64,000 nucleotides of DNA. Source: a virus. Below, in pieces: positions 53,574 through 63,999 of this stretch; within the stretch, counting starts at the first letter, position 1; the number at the start of each line of letters is the position of its first letter. Under the pieces are notes generated by a model, which saw nothing but the letters and a program-made list of their open reading frames with translations, was not told where the DNA came from and ran no database searches. The position numbers and the translations under genes were made by a program. The stretch covers positions 4,605-68,604 of IMG/VR virus record IMGVR_UViG_3300005826_000069; one strand, given 5' to 3'.

Positions 53574-56500
53574 TGATCAGGACCTCTGCGGACTTTCCTT
53601 TCAGCCCGATGATGTCGTTGACGAGGCTGGCTGTCGCAGGCTTCCCGGACATGTGAATCTGTGCCGTGATCTCTTCGACCCCAAACTCGTTTAGCAGAAA
53701 GTCGATATCCTCTGCGGTCACTGGGTCTGGGTTATCTCTACCGCCCGGACGCAAACCCCACGCCTCACGATAAATCTCGTTCTTCTCGCGCTGTATCTCA
53801 TCGATCTCCGTGCGCTTCTGCTTGGGAGTCATCGCCGGGTCTGTGTAGATTTGCATGATCTCCCGGTTCAGCTTCTGTGCCCTCTGACTGACGTTCTGCA
53901 GCTCCTTCGCCACGTTGATGTATGGCTCGTACTTCTGCTCCAGCATCTCCATGCGCTTGTCTTCTTCGATCTTGTTCAGGAAGCTGATGCTGTTCTTCAC
54001 CTGCATCGTTTTTTCGAACAGCTCGTAGAACTGGTTCTCGTACTTGGTCCGACGTGGCTCCTCGCCTCTCAGGAACGACCCGATCACCGGGTAATCCGCT
54101 ATTTGCCTTGACGGCGGAACCGGATAGCTGAACGCCTGCCTTGTCACGGAGTCCGCAGCCAGCAGGAAATACTTACCCAGCGTCCCGAAGTAGCCCGAGA
54201 ACAGATGCTGCAGGTGGCGCGGAGAGCGCAGCTTTCCGGGTGGATCGCTGAATTTGTCCAGCCAGTCCGGAAGGTTCCGGGCCAGCTCGATCATGGTCGG
54301 TGAGTTGTAGTACCGATACTGCTCAGGCCCCATCTTCTGCTGCTCGAAGCTCGAAGTGATCTGGCCACCCGTGAAGAACGAGTAGTTGAAGATCGATTCG
54401 ACAGCTGGCATCACCGCTTGCGGAATCGGATTGAAGTTGAACGTCTCGCCCAGCATGAACCCGAAGCGCTTCATCAGCAGCTTGCCTGCATCGTTCTCCT
54501 TCGAGTAAGCCGCCTCCATGGCACGCTCCGGGATCGTGTTGAATATCGCCCCGACCTCGAACGGCTTGGGCAGGCGGTAATGCTGATCACCGATCCACCA
54601 GTGGAAGTAGACATCCTTCTCCCACTCTTCAAGCTCCTTGTAGCGCTCGTCGTCCCTGAACTGGAACCACAAGGCAAGGCCAGCCAACCCGATGATCGTG
54701 CCCTTGAGAGTGAACGCGACCGGGTGCTCCATCGCTCCTCGACCAAGACGCTGTAGGCCCTGCAGCCTCGCGCCCATGAACGGCACGGTCTGGATCAGCA
54801 CCTGAATCGGTGCCCAGCTTCCGCCCATGGAGAAGTCCATCAGGTCTTTCGACTCGTAGACCGCCTGTGCTTTCGACTTGCCAGCGCGGATCGCCGCGTT
54901 ATACACCGCGATGCGGTTGGCATTTTCTGTCGCTGCGCCAACTGCCTTCCATGCCTCGAAGAGTTTCTTCGGTGTGTTCAGGACCGTGGATGAATCAATC
55001 CCTCTGGTCTTCATCCGCGCCCTGATCTGCCTCTGGGTGGAGGTTGGATCGAACGCATTGATATATCCGTTCTCGAATGCCCCGCCTGCCGACATCATGG
55101 TTCGCAGGGACTCGTCCTTCATCATCGCCTGCTTCAGTCCCTTCATCGATTCCGTGAACGGGAAATACGTGTCACGCGACAAGGTGAACGCAGAGAGAAG
55201 ATCGCGAATATAGTTGCGCAGCATGAACCCCGGATCGAGCGTGACCATCGTGGTCAGCAGGCGCTTCGGTGCGCGCAGCATCTGCATCCACATGCCCCAC
55301 TGCTTCTGATTGATCATGGTCATGGATTCATACAGAAGCTGGTCGTCCGTGAAATAGAATTCTTTCTTGCCGTCACGCATGATGGAAATCACGCCGTCGC
55401 CTTTCGGCGGCTGCAGCGCGAACATCTTTTGGAAGCCCTTGAGCGCTTCTTCCGGAATCGCGTCTGGGTCCATGCCGTGCTGAACCAGCGCCTTCTTCAC
55501 CTGCGCCATCGGGATCAGCTGCGCAGTGAACTGGTACGGCATCTTGGTAACGATGCCACTACCCAACAGGGTATCGACCGCCATCTTTGACGCATGGTTC
55601 TTCATCGACGCATCGACCAGCTGGGTCACGTTCATCAGGATGTTGTGGGTGATATCTCCAATAGGAGACTCGCCGCCCTTCAGTCGCTTGACTGGAGACC
55701 GCTGATTGGCAATGCCGGAGGACTTGCCCATCGGGCCGACGAGCCGGTCATCCTGCACACGGTAGAACGGCACGTAGTCTGCGTTCTCCCACATCGGACG
55801 AGTGTCGGCATCGATGATTCCCGCTTCTTGCGCAAAGTCGAGGACCTTGCTATTGAACTCGGCATAGCGAGCGGCAACGTCCTTGAATACTGGGTACGTC
55901 TCGCCCAACTGAACCATCTTGTCGATCATCTCCGGCGTGAAGTTCTTCTCGCGCCCTTCGGCCAGCAGCCGCTTCGCTCGCACGCCTGCCATGTACATGC
56001 CCCAGAGATCGAGGTTGTTTGCGACTGGCTGCAGGATATCCAGCAAACCCGTGCCCTCGGCCTGCACGATGCCTTCTTTCCATACCGGATGCCCATACTC
56101 CATGACAGAGCGCATGACGGAATCAAGGCTCGTGGTCAGGCGCGCCTGTACGTACGGGTCGTTCTCGGCTGACAGGTTGCCTACGCCTGAGCGGCGTACA
56201 GCCGCTCTGATGCCATGCAAGCGGTCGAACATGCCTTGATTGAACTTGTCCTGCCACCGATAGCGCATGTCCGCGAAGCGCTCTACCAGCGGCCTGTTGC
56301 GCGCACCGATGCGCTCGGCAGCCGCCTTGATAAGCGGATCATCATACGGAGTCTTCGACAGCAGGGGCCAGCCCTTCTCCGCGTCTGCTGCCATCTCATC
56401 AGTGATGACGAACCCCCGGCCTGATATAGACTGCGGATTCATTATTCCACGGAGCATCGCTGCGTTGTTTTGCATCGCCTCGATCTCACGCTCAACAGCC

Positions 56501-59500
56501 TCGATGCTGTGAAATACCTGCTGGCTGATGATGCCCCTTCCCCTAGATTCGATCATATAGGGACCACCCGACCCAAGCGTGGCGATCCCCAACTTGCCGA
56601 GCTTCTCCTCTACTGTGGCAGATGCCGGGTCTGTATCCAGCAGCCTGCTTCCCTCTTGATCCGCCGCCTTCCTTGCCACGCGTATGCTAGTCAGTCGAGA
56701 CATATCCTCAACTTCTACCCCGTACTGCTTAAGGAATTTATTGAATCGACTCTCAAGTTTCACATCGTACGAGTAACGGGCACCAAACATCTTTACCTGA
56801 TTGAAGGAAGTATGAACGAACTGCTCGTTGAAACCGTTTGGAATGACTGCTAACTCACCGCCTAGCATTTCTGCCGTAATGCGAAATTCATTATTGATCC
56901 GTCTGGATTCTGCCACTTCCTCTTCAGGAGTTAGCGGCTTCTCTGATTCTGACAGCCAATACCCGCGCTCCTGCGCTTGCTTAACTATTTCTTCAAGTTT
57001 GCGATCCAGCGCAGCTTTTCCTATCGCAGTGAATAGCGCCTGCTCTGGACGCGACGGATGCATCACAACGTACATACGCTGGGCGACAGGGACATTTGGG
57101 TCTGCGCCAACCCGGCGGATGATAAGGTCATCCAGACTTGGAGCCATGTACTCGCGATCCGCCGGACCGCGCTTCTCGCCGGTCTTCGCTAACCGAGTTA
57201 CCGGACCGCCTGACATCTGCTGGTCCATCATGCGCCGAACGTCTGCGCCGAGCATTAAGCCGATATCAGAGTCGCGCACATAGTAAGTTTCTTTTCTGAG
57301 TCCTCCGTCTGACAGGGTTAGCCGGAAGGCTTTTACCTTGTTGCCAACGGAGTCAATGTATGTCATCGGAGCGTAATCCAGCTCCGTCATTTTTCTCCAT
57401 GACGTGCCTAACCCCCCGCGCGACGTGTTCGCATCGCCGGGACTCCAGATCACTTTGCGAACACCTCGGCGCACCGCGTCACTTATCAAGTATTGAACCG
57501 CCGCCTTGTAAACGGTCGCTTCGTCCAGCGGCGGATTATTGACAGACGCAACAGAGGTTTTCATCATTTTTCTGACCGAGGCGACCATGCTTTCGTAAGC
57601 CTTCTTCCCGGTCGTCGGCGTCCCCTCTGTGAACACCAAGCTCTCGCGAATTTTGTTTTCAAGCTCCTTCCATTGGGCGCTACTTTTTGGTTCCGGCTTT
57701 TCTGGAATGAGCACTGAGTCAGGATCAGGAATCCTTCCCTGTGAAGGCTCACTCAACTCTGTCATGCCGTTGGCCATGTAATACTCAGAAGGAAGCTGCT
57801 TGTCGTTTTCAAGAAGGTACGAGCGAATTTGGTTTGGCACCCAGTCCGTATTGTTTATTTCAGTCCAGCTATAGCTTTCGCTTACATGCGAGCCATCGAT
57901 AAAAAGCGACCAACTGGTTTCGTCTGGGTCCTCCTGCCGAATGATTACCTCGAATACTTCTGGGTCGTCGTCAGAATCGAACGCTTGAAATTCCAGCCTG
58001 TAAACAAATGGAGGATCGTTATCGTACCGATCCGCTAAAATGCTCCGCGCTTCAGCGTCTGCCTCTTCAGGGTTGTTGTCCCGATAATCCTGTCGCGCCT
58101 GCTCTAGCCACTCATCTGCTGCCTGCCGACCCTGAACCTCTGCAATAGCCGTATAAGCCGAATGGTCGTCATTGATCTGCTCACCTTGAACTTCTGCGGG
58201 ACCATCATCCCAGTCGTAATTATCCCAGTACGAATCGATTTCGTCGGAAAGGTGATCTTCGATATAGGTCTCTCTATAAGTGGCGTAAGTGCTGAAGTCA
58301 CTATCGTCTTCATCCAGCTGCTCCCATGTCTCACGCCAGTCGTGCAGCCCTGCGCCTACGTAGGCGTTCGGCTCGTTCGGATCGACCGATCTTCTGGTGT
58401 CCGCGAAACTTCCTTCCCCATCTTCGATCCACTTGATCGCAGCTGCTTCCAACTCCTCGCCTTCAGGAACGGCGCGACTTGAAATCATCGGAGCCGCTTC
58501 GCCATAACTTGCCAGAACTTCCTGCTTGGCCTTGGCGATCATCGTCTCTCGCTCTTCTTTCAGCCTCATCCTTCTGCTTTCGGCCTGAGAGATTTCCTCC
58601 ATTATTCGCTTGTGCTTCGCCTCCTCCAGCTCGGCCTCTTGCTCTACTATCGCAGCTACGCGATCTGTAATGGCGGTTTTTAGCTCCTCTACAACGTCTG
58701 ATGTTCCGCTGTATTTGAGCACTGATGTACGCATGTCCGCGCTCAGCGGCACTTCCTGAACCGTAGTGAAGTCCGGATAGTCTTGCTCCAGAAGATTGTG
58801 CAACTTGCTGAGGAAATTCTGCGGATTAGGGTATCCAAGCGCGGCAATCGCTTCATACGATTGCTTATCCAAAATCGCGGATGCCTCGCGGTATTCGGTG
58901 TCGATAGTATTCAGAAAGCCTGACACTCTCTCCCCAAACGACTTAATTGCATCGTCCTTCAGTGGATTGGCGGCGTTGGCGTTGTAAGGATTATTGACCA
59001 GTCCATTTACGAAAGCCGCCATCATGTCTTTGAATGCCGCCTGCTCATACGGAACTCTCAGCAACGGGGTGGGCGTACCGTCTGCCTCTTCCCTCGCAGA
59101 GCTTTCCCGCATTCTTTGATCAAGCGTTATCGCAAGCCTCCCGACCATTTCGGATTGGACAAGATTAGCGATATACCGAAGCGCTTCTCCGCGCGTCATG
59201 TCCGCTATTGCCGTGCTAGATTCCCAGAGCCTTGCCTCCACCTTGGTCGCGACTGCATCGATCATGTCAGCCATTCTTTTCGCGAATGCATTCATCGACG
59301 CAATTGATGCGCGATCCATAATTCGAATGTCAGTGTTGCCGAGCGTTACATTCATCATCGTACTCAGCAAGCCCATGCCGCTACCATTCTCGGCATGACT
59401 TACCGTGTCGCTAACAGCCTCTCCGATAACACCATACTTATTGAGGAACTTCGGGCTGAATGGCGCAGAGAGCATCACATTGCCCATTAGACCTACGATG

Positions 59501-62500
59501 TCTCCTGTCCGCTGTATTAACTTCGTCGCCTGCTCCTCAAGCAAGGGAAGGTCAGGACCCTCTTGATTAACTGGCGGCGCATCTGCCTCCACCAGCTGAA
59601 TTACAAGATCGCTCAGCGCTCTCTGGGTCTCGAACGAGATTCCCTCAACCTGCTTAGCCAACAACTTGCGCGAAGACCGCGCCTCCGCAAGCAGCGCATC
59701 AAACTCTCGCCTTGGAAGTGACTTCGATAGCTCCTGAAGCCAGTCCGATTGGATTTCACCAAGATAAAGCGACAGTCCCTTCATGTTTTCCGCGTTTGCA
59801 TCGGAAGCATCTGGGTCTGCGACCAACGTCGTACGCATGTGCATCACATTATCCCGACCAAACTTGGCTCCGCTCCAGTGACCAGAGGTGTACCCGCCTC
59901 CGGGGATTCCAGTCGGCTTGGTCAGCCTTAGCACTACCTCTTGATAATTATTTTCTGAGTCGGTCCCTACAGGAAAGTAACCGCCATAATTATTGCTGGT
60001 ATATAGAAAGCTCTGGAAAAAGAACTCAGCAGACTCGTCGCGAATCTTGAGCGGCCTTACTCCGGAGTTCCGGTGCTCATCCTGAATTTCCATGTCTTCG
60101 CTTATCTGCAACCATGGCTGCAGCACTATCTGATCTTTTCCGACCTCCAAGACTGTTGCATAACCATTCCAGTCAAACCATGACGTTTGCTCAGGATTGG
60201 TATAAACAGAAAAGTTAATGTGCATCACGGGAATTCCCGCAATGTTTTCTTCGGGGCGCAGCCTGTTCTGGTTATAGGTCAGAATGATCTTGTTATTCTT
60301 TACGTCAAACGCTGCATGACTAATCGGATGGTTCGGCCTTCCATCCAGCCTGAACGAGCGCCGAGGCATCACCCGTCTCGCGGAGATATCCGGATCACCC
60401 AAAAGATCGCTGACATATTTCTCTAGGCGCTTGTGTCTTTGGTCCACGTTTTCGTCGGGGAACACCGCTCTTAGCCACTTGTCCATGGCTGTAGTGTCTG
60501 TGCGATACCCATCTACCGGGCGCGCCTCTATTTTCATAGATGTCTGATCAACAGCTTTCGCGACTGCCAGCTTCGATATCTTCGCGCTCGCTGGAATCTT
60601 CTTTGTTGACTGAGAGATCAGGGTGGACACAGCCAAGTCTGCGGCATTACGCTCTTCAACGCTTATCGTTGTTTCGTTGATCAGCGCAAGATACGGCTTC
60701 ATCTTTTGATAAAGCTCAGGATCACCTTCCTTGATCATCTCGACAACCTCCCACGGAGTTGACGAGTTCGACAGCATTGCCCAGCTCAGCTTGTCCAGCC
60801 AATCAAGGATGTCAGAGTTCTCCATCTCCAGCTTGCCGATGCGCCCTTCTTTCTGCAGTTGCTCAAGCCTATTGGCAAACTGCTGCGTCGTTGCGCTCTC
60901 TGGCATTACTGCAACCATGCTGCCCTTTGGCAGTCCGCGCATCTTCGCTTGCTTGTTCGACAGCATCTCGCTTTCTGTGAACACTTGCTGCAAGCGACTG
61001 ACAAATATCGCAGAGTCGCGCATCAGCAGATAGCCAGACTTCGAGTCGCCCTGTTCGCGCTGAAAGCTCCAGTTTTTCTGATGGCGCACAAAGTCCTGTG
61101 ACCTCTGGATCAGGTCGTACAGGTCGCTTTCACTAAACGCGAGTGGCCCCTTTGCATACCGAGCCATCCCGTGTGAGATCAGCCAGCTTCGTATCGCGTC
61201 CAGAATCCTGCGAATCACACCCTTCTGCTGCTTCGTCAGGCTGATCTGCTTTGCCAGCACCTTGCCTGCGATATCAGCCACGGTCTCTTCAGCGATGATT
61301 CTCTTGCGTTCCTTTGTCAGCTTGCTGTACGGCTTGCCTTCGTACTGGTATGCCTTTGAGTTCACGAGGTCCGGAAACGCCGCCGCTACAGCATCCATCA
61401 TCTGGTCGAGCGCGACCTGCGAGCCGAGCAGTCCACGCATTCCGTAATGGCCGACCGTCTCATGCATGATGGTCTCAGCCAGATTCCTTTCGAAGCTGGC
61501 CCCGGTCCCGGTCGTTGCCCCCGGCTTGTTGTTGGCGACGATGATGTAGATGCCGTTAGACGGATTGATCTCATCAAACAGGCCGCGAACCGTGTTCATC
61601 GATGCGCCCATGGCGAACAACTGCCGCTGCATATGCGATGGCAGGTCATCTGTCGTGTTCACCAGCTTGATGAATCCGCGCGGAAGATTGTTGAACCCCT
61701 GCGTCAGCGCGTGTGCGGTCCTGCGCGCGCGGCGCATTTCGTTCTTGGTGGCCCGTCTGCTTGACTGCCCGAACCTGCGCAGCGCCAGCGGGTCTGCTTT
61801 CTGCTCGGCCACCCTTGAGGTTAGTGGCTGTGCGGTCGCCTCTTCGGTGCGCTCCCTCGCTGTCGCTGGGCGCTCTCCACGCTCCGCTCTCTGCCCTGCC
61901 ATGGTCCGGCGCAGCTTCTGCGCTTTCATCGCGCGGTCCGCCACCTCAAGCGATTCTCCAACCGCCCAAGTAATCGACGGCTGAACCTCGTACTTGTCAG
62001 ACTGCACTGGTTCATAGCCGCTCAACTTCTGAGCCGCAGCTTTGAGTCCCGCTTCGATCTCCTCTGCGTTCTCCCCGGTCACAACGAACTCATCGCCGCT
62101 GATGTGGTAAGCACGATCCCCGAATTCGGATGCAAGTGCTCGGCCAATCTTGCGCAGCAGGTAATCGCCCTGCTTCTGGCCCATCTCATCGTTGACCCAC
62201 TTTAGTGAGTCCGCATCAATCGCTGCAGTAACCGGCGCTGGCACGGTCTTCTCGTCTTCGTTGTATGCGCGGCGATTCGGCAGTCGCGTGTTCGGCTCGC
62301 GATACAGTTCCTGCTCGATCTCTGCCTCGCTCATCTCCTTGACACGCTCGCGGCGCGCCATGTCCTTGCGCCGCTCCGGGCCGACGTATCCGGTATCCAG
62401 ATTCTCCGTAAGCTGGTCGGACATCCGCCGAAGCTCAGGCACCGCTGCCTGCCCCTTCTTGGTGATGACGAACTCATCCTTGGCCTTGCTTGTCCAGCGC

Positions 62501-63999
62501 CCATAGCCACGCTCGACCAGCTGCTCATACATCGCGTCATCAACCACGCCGCCGCTCTGAATCTCCTCGATGGCCGCCGACATGTCTTCGTACTCGCGCA
62601 GCGAAGTCATGTCTCGCTCGACACGATTTCTGATCTCGGCGCGGATTTGCTCTCTGCGGCCCATCTCTTCTGCGACCTTATCCTCGCTGATACGGTCCTG
62701 CCGCATGGATTCAATTTGTTTGAGCGTGGCGTTGGACTTGGCAGCCAGCGTATCCAGCCGCGCCAGAGACAGCTTTAGCTCCTCCGGGGGCAGGTTGCGC
62801 TTCATGATGTTGCGCCTGATTCCCGGCTCTGCAGCGAGCATCGCTTTGGCTTCCGCCTCCTCCCTGCGCTCCAGCTCCTCCCAGTTCGCGATCCGCTCAC
62901 TGGTCGGCATATCCATGATCGCGACCGCATCGGACATCTTCGACTGCAGCTTCTCGCGTTCCTTCGCGATGTTTAGATATTCGCGCGTCTTCTTGTCGGC
63001 CATCAGGTCGCGCGTATCTTTATCTGTCCCTGCCTCGGGAACCAGCGCGCCAAGCGCACTACCGCTCATCGCGATAGGCGCACCAATGGCCGCGCCGCCG
63101 AAGAACGCATTGAGGTTGCCCTCGGTCCACGCCTGCTCTGGATCGACGGTGCTGATCAGCATATTGCCGACCGTATTCTCGATGACTTCCTGCGTGCCTT
63201 CGGTTACACCTTCCAAGACTCCAGCCTTGGGGACCTCTGTCGCCAGCTTCCCGAGACGGCTGCCTGCCGCCTTACCACCCAGCCCAGCGCCTGCACGACC
63301 CATGAACGCGCTAAGAGGTGCGCCCAAAGGGGTAGACATCGCCATGGCCACATTACCGGCGATACGGGCTTTCTCGTCCGCGATCATCTGCTTGGCTCTG
63401 GTTACGCCAACACGATCCTCCAGCTCATCGTATCCGGGGTACTCCAGAAATTTTTCGTCTGGGAGCTGCAGGATTCTGTCTCGCGTCTCGTTGGCTACAG
63501 AGTCCCTGATCAATACGGCTTCTGTCGCGCCGCCAGTGATCGTGCCTGCGCGGCCAGATGCCTTAGCCAGCTCCTCTCGAACGAGCGCAGGATTCAGCTT
63601 CTGCGCAGGAGACATGGACTTCAGGCGCTGTATCGCGCCGCCCTTGCCGCCCACCATCGATGAGATAATGCTGGTCCCGATCATCGGGGCGTTCTCGGCC
63701 ACGGCAAGCATGAATGCTTCCGGGTCCTTGAAGACGGTCTCACCATCGAACCATGTCGATGGCGCATACCATTTCGCGTCTGTGCCGATGAACGGAATCT
63801 CGGCCTGCTTGCGCTGCGCCACCTCGCCACGGCTCGCGCGCTTCTTGTCTACCCACTCATTGACGCGCTGCGCCGGGTTCTTGCCGTCCTTGCTGAACAG
63901 GGGCCGAACGAACGCATCGTAGAAGCTGCCCGATCCGTACTTGTCCAAACGGTCGGCAATGTCCTTTTCGATCCGCGCGATCTTTGCCGGATCATTCTC
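53566..63999 (-). CDS. Giant polyvalent internal virion/ejection protein (5' partial): GGDEF, HExxH metallopeptidase-like and C-terminal LPD38-like domains
   Basis: Frame is open to the right edge; 'IDADSLKWVNDEMG..GD...SGDEF'; 'HETVGHYG'; 'Y.EL.EWEKD.YFH...RLPKPFEVG.IF..IPER' LPD38-type motif. Confidence 0.85.
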   Translation of the reverse strand, partial: ENDPAKIARIEKDIADRLDKYGSGSFYDAFVRPLFSKDGKNPAQRVNEWVDKKRASRGEVAQRKQAEIPFIGTDAKWYAPSTWFDGETVFKDPEAFMLAVAENAPMIGTSIISSMVGGKGGAIQRLKSMSPAQKLNPALVREELAKASGRAGTITGGATEAVLIRDSVANETRDRILQLPDEKFLEYPGYDELEDRVGVTRAKQMIADEKARIAGNVAMAMSTPLGAPLSAFMGRAGAGLGGKAAGSRLGKLATEVPKAGVLEGVTEGTQEVIENTVGNMLISTVDPEQAWTEGNLNAFFGGAAIGAPIAMSGSALGALVPEAGTDKDTRDLMADKKTREYLNIAKEREKLQSKMSDAVAIMDMPTSERIANWEELERREEAEAKAMLAAEPGIRRNIMKRNLPPEELKLSLARLDTLAAKSNATLKQIESMRQDRISEDKVAEEMGRREQIRAEIRNRVERDMTSLREYEDMSAAIEEIQSGGVVDDAMYEQLVERGYGRWTSKAKDEFVITKKGQAAVPELRRMSDQLTENLDTGYVGPERRKDMARRERVKEMSEAEIEQELYREPNTRLPNRRAYNEDEKTVPAPVTAAIDADSLKWVNDEMGQKQGDYLLRKIGRALASEFGDRAYHISGDEFVVTGENAEEIEAGLKAAAQKLSGYEPVQSDKYEVQPSITWAVGESLEVADRAMKAQKLRRTMAGQRAERGERPATARERTEEATAQPLTSRVAEQKADPLALRRFGQSSRRATKNEMRRARRTAHALTQGFNNLPRGFIKLVNTTDDLPSHMQRQLFAMGASMNTVRGLFDEINPSNGIYIIVANNKPGATTGTGASFERNLAETIMHETVGHYGMRGLLGSQVALDQMMDAVAAAFPDLVNSKAYQYEGKPYSKLTKERKRIIAEETVADIAGKVLAKQISLTKQQKGVIRRILDAIRSWLISHGMARYAKGPLAFSESDLYDLIQRSQDFVRHQKNWSFQREQGDSKSGYLLMRDSAIFVSRLQQVFTESEMLSNKQAKMRGLPKGSMVAVMPESATTQQFANRLEQLQKEGRIGKLEMENSDILDWLDKLSWAMLSNSSTPWEVVEMIKEGDPELYQKMKPYLALINETTISVEERNAADLAVSTLISQSTKKIPASAKISKLAVAKAVDQTSMKIEARPVDGYRTDTTAMDKWLRAVFPDENVDQRHKRLEKYVSDLLGDPDISARRVMPRRSFRLDGRPNHPISHAAFDVKNNKIILTYNQNRLRPEENIAGIPVMHINFSVYTNPEQTSWFDWNGYATVLEVGKDQIVLQPWLQISEDMEIQDEHRNSGVRPLKIRDESAEFFFQSFLYTSNNYGGYFPVGTDSENNYQEVVLRLTKPTGIPGGGYTSGHWSGAKFGRDNVMHMRTTLVADPDASDANAENMKGLSLYLGEIQSDWLQELSKSLPRREFDALLAEARSSRKLLAKQVEGISFETQRALSDLVIQLVEADAPPVNQEGPDLPLLEEQATKLIQRTGDIVGLMGNVMLSAPFSPKFLNKYGVIGEAVSDTVSHAENGSGMGLLSTMMNVTLGNTDIRIMDRASIASMNAFAKRMADMIDAVATKVEARLWESSTAIADMTRGEALRYIANLVQSEMVGRLAITLDQRMRESSAREEADGTPTPLLRVPYEQAAFKDMMAAFVNGLVNNPYNANAANPLKDDAIKSFGERVSGFLNTIDTEYREASAILDKQSYEAIAALGYPNPQNFLSKLHNLLEQDYPDFTTVQEVPLSADMRTSVLKYSGTSDVVEELKTAITDRVAAIVEQEAELEEAKHKRIMEEISQAESRRMRLKEERETMIAKAKQEVLASYGEAAPMISSRAVPEGEELEAAAIKWIEDGEGSFADTRRSVDPNEPNAYVGAGLHDWRETWEQLDEDDSDFSTYATYRETYIEDHLSDEIDSYWDNYDWDDGPAEVQGEQINDDHSAYTAIAEVQGRQAADEWLEQARQDYRDNNPEEADAEARSILADRYDNDPPFVYRLEFQAFDSDDDPEVFEVIIRQEDPDETSWSLFIDGSHVSESYSWTEINNTDWVPNQIRSYLLENDKQLPSEYYMANGMTELSEPSQGRIPDPDSVLIPEKPEPKSSAQWKELENKIRESLVFTEGTPTTGKKAYESMVASVRKMMKTSVASVNNPPLDEATVYKAAVQYLISDAVRRGVRKVIWSPGDANTSRGGLGTSWRKMTELDYAPMTYIDSVGNKVKAFRLTLSDGGLRKETYYVRDSDIGLMLGADVRRMMDQQMSGGPVTRLAKTGEKRGPADREYMAPSLDDLIIRRVGADPNVPVAQRMYVVMHPSRPEQALFTAIGKAALDRKLEEIVKQAQERGYWLSESEKPLTPEEEVAESRRINNEFRITAEMLGGELAVIPNGFNEQFVHTSFNQVKMFGARYSYDVKLESRFNKFLKQYGVEVEDMSRLTSIRVARKAADQEGSRLLDTDPASATVEEKLGKLGIATLGSGGPYMIESRGRGIISQQVFHSIEAVEREIEAMQNNAAMLRGIMNPQSISGRGFVITDEMAADAEKGWPLLSKTPYDDPLIKAAAERIGARNRPLVERFADMRYRWQDKFNQGMFDRLHGIRAAVRRSGVGNLSAENDPYVQARLTTSLDSVMRSVMEYGHPVWKEGIVQAEGTGLLDILQPVANNLDLWGMYMAGVRAKRLLAEGREKNFTPEMIDKMVQLGETYPVFKDVAARYAEFNSKVLDFAQEAGIIDADTRPMWENADYVPFYRVQDDRLVGPMGKSSGIANQRSPVKRLKGGESPIGDITHNILMNVTQLVDASMKNHASKMAVDTLLGSGIVTKMPYQFTAQLIPMAQVKKALVQHGMDPDAIPEEALKGFQKMFALQPPKGDGVISIMRDGKKEFYFTDDQLLYESMTMINQKQWGMWMQMLRAPKRLLTTMVTLDPGFMLRNYIRDLLSAFTLSRDTYFPFTESMKGLKQAMMKDESLRTMMSAGGAFENGYINAFDPTSTQRQIRARMKTRGIDSSTVLNTPKKLFEAWKAVGAATENANRIAVYNAAIRAGKSKAQAVYESKDLMDFSMGGSWAPIQVLIQTVPFMGARLQGLQRLGRGAMEHPVAFTLKGTIIGLAGLALWFQFRDDERYKELEEWEKDVYFHWWIGDQHYRLPKPFEVGAIFNTIPERAMEAAYSKENDAGKLLMKRFGFMLGETFNFNPIPQAVMPAVESIFNYSFFTGGQITSSFEQQKMGPEQYRYYNSPTMIELARNLPDWLDKFSDPPGKLRSPRHLQHLFSGYFGTLGKYFLLAADSVTRQAFSYPVPPSRQIADYPVIGSFLRGEEPRRTKYENQFYELFEKTMQVKNSISFLNKIEEDKRMEMLEQKYEPYINVAKELQNVSQRAQKLNREIMQIYTDPAMTPKQKRTEIDEIQREKNEIYREAWGLRPGGRDNPDPVTAEDIDFLLNEFGVEEITAQIHMSGKPATASLVNDIIGLKGKSAEVLIND

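Noticed and set aside
62570-63922. 450-aa plus-strand ORF
   Set aside because: Ser/Ala-rich antisense shadow of the giant gene, typical of high-GC codon bias.
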